Both the position numbers and the translations under genes were made by a program. A stretch of DNA of 10,382 bases, from the NCBI GenBank assembly GCA_037147375.1, contig JBAWVI010000026.1:1-10382 (forward strand), given 5' to 3'. This document shows, in pieces, positions 6,550-10,382 of this stretch. This DNA comes from an archaeon. GTDB lineage: Archaea; Iainarchaeota; Iainarchaeia; Iainarchaeales; CSSED10-239. A model generated the notes under the pieces. That model did no database searches. It saw nothing but the letters and a program-made list of their open reading frames with translations, and was not told the origin of the DNA. Every line of letters starts with the position of its first letter. Position 1 is the first letter of the stretch.

Positions 6550-7296
6550 ATGCTTCGAAAATTTGAAATTGATTCTAAGATTCAAGGATATGTGTTTGAT
6601 GAAAGCACAAAGGCAGCTTTGTATAAGCTTGCAAACAATAATATAATTGATTCTATTGATTCTCCAATTGCTTCTGGTAAAGAAGCAATAACTTTTCTTG
6701 GGCATCTTGACAAGAATCCAATTGTTGCAAAGATATATAAGGTTGAAACAAGTAATTTCAAGAACATGGATAAGTACATTAAGGGAGATTATAGGTTTAG
6801 AGCTGTTTCAAAGGACAGAAGAGATTTATTCTTGCTTTGGGCAAACAAAGAATACAAGAACTTAACTCTTGCAATCAGAAATGAAGTTTCTGTTCCAATC
6901 GTAATTGCAAAAGAAAAAAATATTCTAATCATGTCTTTTCTTGGAGAAGGAGAAATTCCACAACCTCAATTAACAAAAGCAATTTTTGATTATGATGTAG
7001 TTTATCCACAAATTATTGAAAACTATGCTCGTCTTCTTTATGGAGCAAAGATAGTTCATGCAGATTTTTCTGCATACAATATTTTAATTAATCTTGAAAC
7101 TCAAAAAATAACAATTATTGATATGGGTCAAGCTGTTGTTTATTCTCACCCAAAATCAAAAGAATTTTTAAAAAGAGATATAATGAACATTACAGACTTT
7201 CTAAATAAGAGATTTAAAAAATTAAACTTAACTTATGAAATGGTTCTTGAAGATTTAAAAAAGAAAAAAGAAGAAATTTATGGAAGAGATAATTAA
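6550..7296 (+). CDS. rio1: RIO-type serine/threonine protein kinase (Rio1-like; no N-terminal wHTH)
   Basis: The ORF encodes 248 aa. The nucleotide-binding loop is ASGKEAITF. The catalytic loop is HADFSAYNIL (Asp codon 7063-7065, Asn codon 7078-7080). The metal-binding segment is IIDMGQAV (Asp codon 7120-7122). The C-terminal FLKRDIMNITDFL block is typical of RIO kinases. Confidence 0.92.
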   Translation: MLRKFEIDSKIQGYVFDESTKAALYKLANNNIIDSIDSPIASGKEAITFLGHLDKNPIVAKIYKVETSNFKNMDKYIKGDYRFRAVSKDRRDLFLLWANKEYKNLTLAIRNEVSVPIVIAKEKNILIMSFLGEGEIPQPQLTKAIFDYDVVYPQIIENYARLLYGAKIVHADFSAYNILINLETQKITIIDMGQAVVYSHPKSKEFLKRDIMNITDFLNKRFKKLNLTYEMVLEDLKKKKEEIYGRDN

Positions 7297-7900
7297 AATA
7301 GGAAAGAACAGGCTTCCAGTAATTATTGGAACTAATGGTCAAACCAAAAGAGATATTGAAACTAAAACTAAGACATCTCTTGAAATTGATAGTAATACTT
7401 GTGAAGTAAATATTATATCTGATCTTTCTTATTATGAAATACATCAAGCAAAGAACGTAATTTCTGCAATTGCAAGGGGTTTTAGTCCTGAGCACGCATA
7501 CAAGTTACTTGAAGATAACTATTCTTATGATGTTATTGATTTAACAGATTACGTTTCTGATTCAAGAGATAGGCATGAGCAGATAAAGGGAAGAGTAATT
7601 GGAAGAGAAGGAAGAGTTAAACAAATGATTGAAAAGAAAAATAGTTGTTTCTTATCAATCTATGGAAAAACAGTTGCTATTATTGCTCCAGTTGATAGAA
7701 TTGAAGACACTAGAGAAGTTATTGAAAAGATCTTGTCTGGATCAAAGCATACAACTATTTTTAAAATGCTTAAAAGAAATACATTTAAAGAACAAGAAGA
7801 TAATAAAGCAAATAAAGATTATAAAAAAAATGAAATAGATGATATTGATTTTAATGATGAAGAAGAAAATGTAAACAAAAAAATAGGTGAAAAAAAATGA
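7280..7900 (+). CDS. KH-domain RNA-binding protein, Dim2/Pno1-like
   Basis: The ORF encodes 206 aa and overlaps the RIO kinase 3' end by 17 nt. It has two KH-like modules: IGKNRLPVIIGTNGQTKRDIE, and IKGRVIGREGRVKQMIE with a canonical GxxG. The order aIF1A-Rio-KH is a conserved archaeal arrangement. The tail is low-complexity and acidic/Lys-rich (KEQEDNKANKDYKKNEIDDIDFNDEEENVNKK). Confidence 0.8.
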   Translation: MEEIIKIGKNRLPVIIGTNGQTKRDIETKTKTSLEIDSNTCEVNIISDLSYYEIHQAKNVISAIARGFSPEHAYKLLEDNYSYDVIDLTDYVSDSRDRHEQIKGRVIGREGRVKQMIEKKNSCFLSIYGKTVAIIAPVDRIEDTREVIEKILSGSKHTTIFKMLKRNTFKEQEDNKANKDYKKNEIDDIDFNDEEENVNKKIGEKK

Positions 7901-8349
7901 AGAAAAATAATGATAAAGAAAGAACAGCAATGATAATCACAAGAGTTTATTCAGTACTTAATTGGATTGGTGCAATTGCAAGCCTAATCCTTGCAATAAT
8001 TATTATTGTGTTTAGTTCAACACTTGCAAGCATGATGCCAGAGATAGGAATGGACTTAGGTTCAGGAATATTTATTTTTCTTGGAATAGTAATATTTCTT
8101 ATTGGTCTTCTTGGAGTTGCAGTTGCTTGGGGTTTATGGAAATTCAAGAACTGGGCAAGAATATTAACTTTAATCTTTGTTGGATTATCTCTTCTTTCAA
8201 CAATACTAGGTTTAATTACAGCTTTTGATGCTTGGCAATTAATTTGGATAATTGTTGATGGGTTTGTAATATATGTATTTGGATTCTATAAACCAGTAGT
8301 TCACTTATTTTATGATGCATTCCTTGCAAAAAAAAGCACAAGAAGATAA
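7897..8349 (+). CDS. Small 4-TM membrane protein, paralogue 1 of 3 (uncharacterised family)
   Basis: The ORF encodes 150 aa. Its ATG overlaps the KH-gene stop as ATGA (7897-7900). It has four hydrophobic segments. It shares TA.I(I/V).(R/K)(V/I)YSVLNWI.(G/A)I and GLWKFKNWARI with the two downstream ORFs. Confidence 0.8.
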   Translation: MKKNNDKERTAMIITRVYSVLNWIGAIASLILAIIIIVFSSTLASMMPEIGMDLGSGIFIFLGIVIFLIGLLGVAVAWGLWKFKNWARILTLIFVGLSLLSTILGLITAFDAWQLIWIIVDGFVIYVFGFYKPVVHLFYDAFLAKKSTRR

Positions 8350-8390
8350 ATTCATTTATCTTCTATCTTCTTATTTTTAAATTCAAAAAA

Positions 8391-8435
8391 AGTTATATAA
8401 ACTTATTGCTTATATGTATAAATAACAAATTTATT
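8391..8435 (+). promoter_or_regulatory. Duplicated upstream module, copy 1 (BRE/TATA-like promoter of paralogue 2)
   Basis: The 35 nt agttatataaacttattgcttatatgtataaataa (8391-8425) is identical to 8950-8984. The next 10 nt differ at 2 positions. The module contains aaaaag+ttatataa (BRE/TATA-like) and a second tatatgtataaata box, 25-55 nt upstream of ATG 8450. Confidence 0.55.
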
Positions 8436-8449
8436 AGTTGGGAAATTTT

Positions 8450-8881
8450 ATGAAAAAAAACACAGCAAAAACTATTGTAAAAATAAATTCTATTTTGAAT
8501 TGGATAAGTGGTATAGGATTTATTTTCTTTGGTATTTTTATACTTTTGTTTGATTCTAAGTATATTGGTAATAATTTAGTAACTAGTATAACTGGTGTTT
8601 TATTAATTATAATAGGTGTGCTTATCATTCTTCTTGGAAAAGGACTTTGGAACTTAAGAAACTGGGCAAGAATAATAAGTTTAATTTTACTTAGTATTTG
8701 TTTTTTATTTAGTTTACTTCTATTAATTCGAGTTATGGGTTTGAGTACAGCAAAGAACGGTTTAGAGCAAATCATAATTCCATATTGGTTAGTAGTAAGT
8801 CCAATATTAATTTTAATAATTACAGGATTATTCTTGTACTTTCTTGCATTCAATGAAACTGTTATTGCACTTTTCAAATAA
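8450..8881 (+). CDS. Small 4-TM membrane protein, paralogue 2 of 3
   Basis: The ORF encodes 143 aa from ATG 8450 (MKKNTAKTIVKINSILNWISGI...). The track's 8438 start is a TTG four codons upstream. I prefer the ATG because MKKN.. aligns with paralogue 1. It carries the motif GLWNLRNWARI. Its C-terminus FLYFLAFNETVIALFK is nearly identical to that of paralogue 3. Confidence 0.8.
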   Translation: MKKNTAKTIVKINSILNWISGIGFIFFGIFILLFDSKYIGNNLVTSITGVLLIIIGVLIILLGKGLWNLRNWARIISLILLSICFLFSLLLLIRVMGLSTAKNGLEQIIIPYWLVVSPILILIITGLFLYFLAFNETVIALFK

Positions 8882-8895
8882 ACACACAAGCAATA

Positions 8896-8932
8896 AGATT
8901 ATAGAAATATAATCTGGTCCTCTTTCTTTTTT
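8896..8932 (+). terminator. Hairpin plus T-rich tract downstream of paralogue 2
   Basis: The stem is agattata (8896-8903) paired with tataatct (8908-8915) around the loop gaaa. The T-rich run tctttctttttt follows at 8921-8932. The same hairpin recurs after paralogue 3. Confidence 0.45.
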
Positions 8933-8949
8933 AATTTGAATTTAAAAAT

Positions 8950-8994
8950 AGTTATATAAACTTATTGCTTATATGTATAAATAATAGATTTATT
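8950..8994 (+). promoter_or_regulatory. Duplicated upstream module, copy 2 (promoter of paralogue 3)
   Basis: Positions 8950-8984 are identical to 8391-8425. A G-rich SD-like ggggggat (8998-9005) lies just before ATG 9009. Confidence 0.55.
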
Positions 8995-9008
8995 TATGGG
9001 GGGATTTC

Positions 9009-9407
9009 ATGGAAGAGGGAACAGCAAAAATTATTGTTAAAATTTATTCTGTTTTTAGTTGGATAGCAGGAATTGCTTATGTTCTAATGGGACTTGCTCT
9101 TATGTTACTTAACAAAGGAATAAGTTTTGGGTTTAATGGATTTAACATATCACAAACTTTATTTATTGTAATTGGAATATTCCTTGTTGCTTTGGGTGCA
9201 TTTGTGATTCTTCTAGCAATTAATTTATGGAAATTCAAAAACTGGGCAAGAATAACAAATGTAGTGATTATTTGTATAGGTTTGTTATTTCTAGTACTAA
9301 GTTTAATTACTGGAATTAACGCAAGTACAATTGTATCTATTATAATTAATGGGGTATTTTTATACTTTCTTGCATTCAATAAAACAGTTATTGCACTTTT
9401 CAAATAA
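9009..9407 (+). CDS. Small 4-TM membrane protein, paralogue 3 of 3
   Basis: The ORF encodes 132 aa: MEEGTAKIIVKIYSVFSWIAGI...NLWKFKNWARI...FLYFLAFNKTVIALFK. It has four hydrophobic segments and is collinear with paralogues 1 and 2. Confidence 0.8.
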   Translation: MEEGTAKIIVKIYSVFSWIAGIAYVLMGLALMLLNKGISFGFNGFNISQTLFIVIGIFLVALGAFVILLAINLWKFKNWARITNVVIICIGLLFLVLSLITGINASTIVSIIINGVFLYFLAFNKTVIALFK

Positions 9408-9420
9408 ACTTGCAAATAAT

Positions 9421-9450
9421 AAGATTATAGAAATATAATCTTATCTTTTT
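9421..9450. terminator. Hairpin plus T-run between convergent genes; candidate bidirectional terminator
   Basis: The stem is aagattata (9421-9429) paired with tataatctt (9434-9442) around the loop gaaa. The run atcttttttt follows. It lies in the 43-nt gap between the paralogue 3 stop (9407) and the Dph6 stop (9451-9453, - strand). Confidence 0.5.
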
Positions 9451-10382
9451 TTATTTTTTCTTAATTTCTTTATCAACTAATTCTGCTTTCTTGATTGTAA
9501 TGTATCCAGTAAACTCGTTCTTGATTACCTTACTATAATCCTTAATTACAATTTTTTTCTTGAATGTTGGGCCAGATAAAACAAGCGTCTCATATTCTCC
9601 ACCTTCCCCAGCAATATTAAATCCATAATGTTTGGAATTAATGTACCCTCTTCCAAGCCCATTTTTAAGTTTATTATTTAATCTAATTAAATCTTTAACA
9701 TCTTCTTCTTCTATTCTTCTATTCAACCATTTTTCACTTAAGCCATAACCTGCAATCTTGCACATTACAAATTCAAACTTATTATCCACAAGCTCAAACA
9801 ACTCTTGGTCTTGCTTTTTATGCCAAAGAGGAGAAAACATACGAAGGTTTAAAGCATTACAAATCTTTTGTATTCTTTCTCTTTGATAATTACTATAAAG
9901 TGCTCCAGAAATCACTCCTTGAATTCCAAATTTTTTCTTTGCATCTATTAATGCAATCTTTAAATCTTTAAGTTCAAGTTCTTTTTCTCCTTTCGTTTGT
10001 CTAGTTATTAGTGGAATCTCGAGAGCTTCTGCTTGTAATTTTAAAAAGTTTAAGTTTGGTTGTTGAAACATGTAAGAGTCAGGATTAATTGGAATTATAG
10101 AAACAAGACAAGATATTTCATAATTTTGTCTTTGCATAATATAAAGTGCAAGATTTGAATCTTTGCCACCAGAGTATAGGCAAGCAAGCTTCATGTTTTT
10201 TTCTTTTGCAAAGGTTGCAAGATAATCAGCTTTTCCTTTCTGATTTGATTCTTTTGCAAGCTTTTCAATTCCTTTATCAAAATTACTTCCATATTGAGCT
10301 GCTGCTTTTTTTCTTTCATAAATTTCTTTTGATTGTCCAAGATTCTTTGCAACATCTCTTAAAACTAGCTTATTATCCTCTG
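9451..10382 (-). CDS. dph6: Diphthine-ammonia ligase (Dph6 / MJ0570-like PP-loop ATPase); the frame stays open upstream to the window edge
   Basis: The canonical N-terminus MKLACLYSGGKDS starts at ATG 10194-10192, with the PP-loop SGGKDS at 10156-10173. Downstream the motifs are GALYSNYQRERI...L.PLW and GEGGEYETLVL. The same frame has no stop from 10195 to 10380. That stretch (EDNKLVLRDVAKNLGQSKEIYERKKAAAQYGSNFDKGIEKLAKESNQKGKADYLATFAKEKN) has coding-like codon structure. The real start may therefore lie beyond the window. The core domain occupies 9451-10194. Confidence 0.85.
   Translation of the reverse strand, partial: EDNKLVLRDVAKNLGQSKEIYERKKAAAQYGSNFDKGIEKLAKESNQKGKADYLATFAKEKNMKLACLYSGGKDSNLALYIMQRQNYEISCLVSIIPINPDSYMFQQPNLNFLKLQAEALEIPLITRQTKGEKELELKDLKIALIDAKKKFGIQGVISGALYSNYQRERIQKICNALNLRMFSPLWHKKQDQELFELVDNKFEFVMCKIAGYGLSEKWLNRRIEEEDVKDLIRLNNKLKNGLGRGYINSKHYGFNIAGEGGEYETLVLSGPTFKKKIVIKDYSKVIKNEFTGYITIKKAELVDKEIKKK

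Noticed and set aside
1365-8147. The remaining short track ORFs: 1365-1583(-), 2854-3042(-), 5739-6008(-), 6523-6705(-), 6582-6779(-), 7214-7495(-), 7629-7838(+), 7742-7930(-) and 7947-8147(-)
   Set aside because: All are embedded in or antisense to strongly supported genes. They are 60-93 aa and have low-complexity Phe/Ile/Leu/Lys-rich translations with no motifs.
8434-8889. A 151-aa ORF antisense to paralogue 2, and a 112-aa ORF (9077-9415) antisense to paralogue 3; both begin M.VYLKSAITV.LNARKYKN
   Set aside because: The similarity simply mirrors the conserved 3' ends of the + strand genes. The + strand products are coherent 4-TM proteins, with a third homologue (7897-8349) whose antisense frame is not open (only 66 aa). 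The antisense products are Lys/Ile/Asn-rich with no domain.
8391-8994. The identical 35-nt repeats might be a CRISPR array or MITE
   Set aside because: There are only two copies, about 559 nt apart. Each lies upstream of a paralogous gene and contains TATA-like boxes. There is no short regular spacing and no terminal inverted repeats. Duplicated promoters are the better explanation.
10191-10355. A 54-aa - strand ORF (MLQRILDNQKKFMKEKKQQLNMEVILIKELKSLQKNQIRKEKLIILQPLQKKKT) ending in ATGA at the Dph6 start
   Set aside because: Its Gln/Lys/Ile-rich composition is typical of an off-frame reading. The Dph6 frame over the same nucleotides shows first-position G enrichment and the codon usage of neighbouring genes. 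It cannot be fully excluded without the flanking sequence.

Overview
This is a very AT-rich window (roughly one-third G+C by eye) that is densely coded. Every gene lies on the + strand except one convergent gene at the 3' end. The gene set is clearly archaeal and centred on information processing. It comprises the C-terminal end of an RPA-type ssDNA-binding protein, an MCM replicative helicase, and the conserved block aIF2-beta / DUF424 / aIF1A / RIO kinase / KH-domain (Dim2/Pno1-like) protein. The convergent gene is a Dph6-type diphthine-ammonia ligase. Short proteins, very small spacers, overlapping stop/start codons and GGTGAT-type Shine-Dalgarno motifs suggest a small-genome, DPANN-like archaeon. 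That assignment is inference, not proof. Four elements are not housekeeping: (1) A Bro-N/DinD-like gene, a family typical of viruses and mobile elements, sits between RPA and MCM. It follows a 277-nt non-coding spacer that carries short repeats. (2) A His-rich orphan ORF is tightly linked to a presenilin/signal-peptide-peptidase-type intramembrane aspartyl protease. (3) Three divergent paralogues of an unrecognised small 4-TM membrane protein lie in tandem, and two of them carry duplicated promoter and terminator modules. (4) Coding sequence continues in frame upstream of the canonical Dph6 start and runs off the window. I recognise no rRNA, tRNA, CRISPR array, integrase or transposase, and no known multi-gene defence system. 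The membrane-protein array is the best candidate for something undescribed, but its function cannot be read from the sequence alone.
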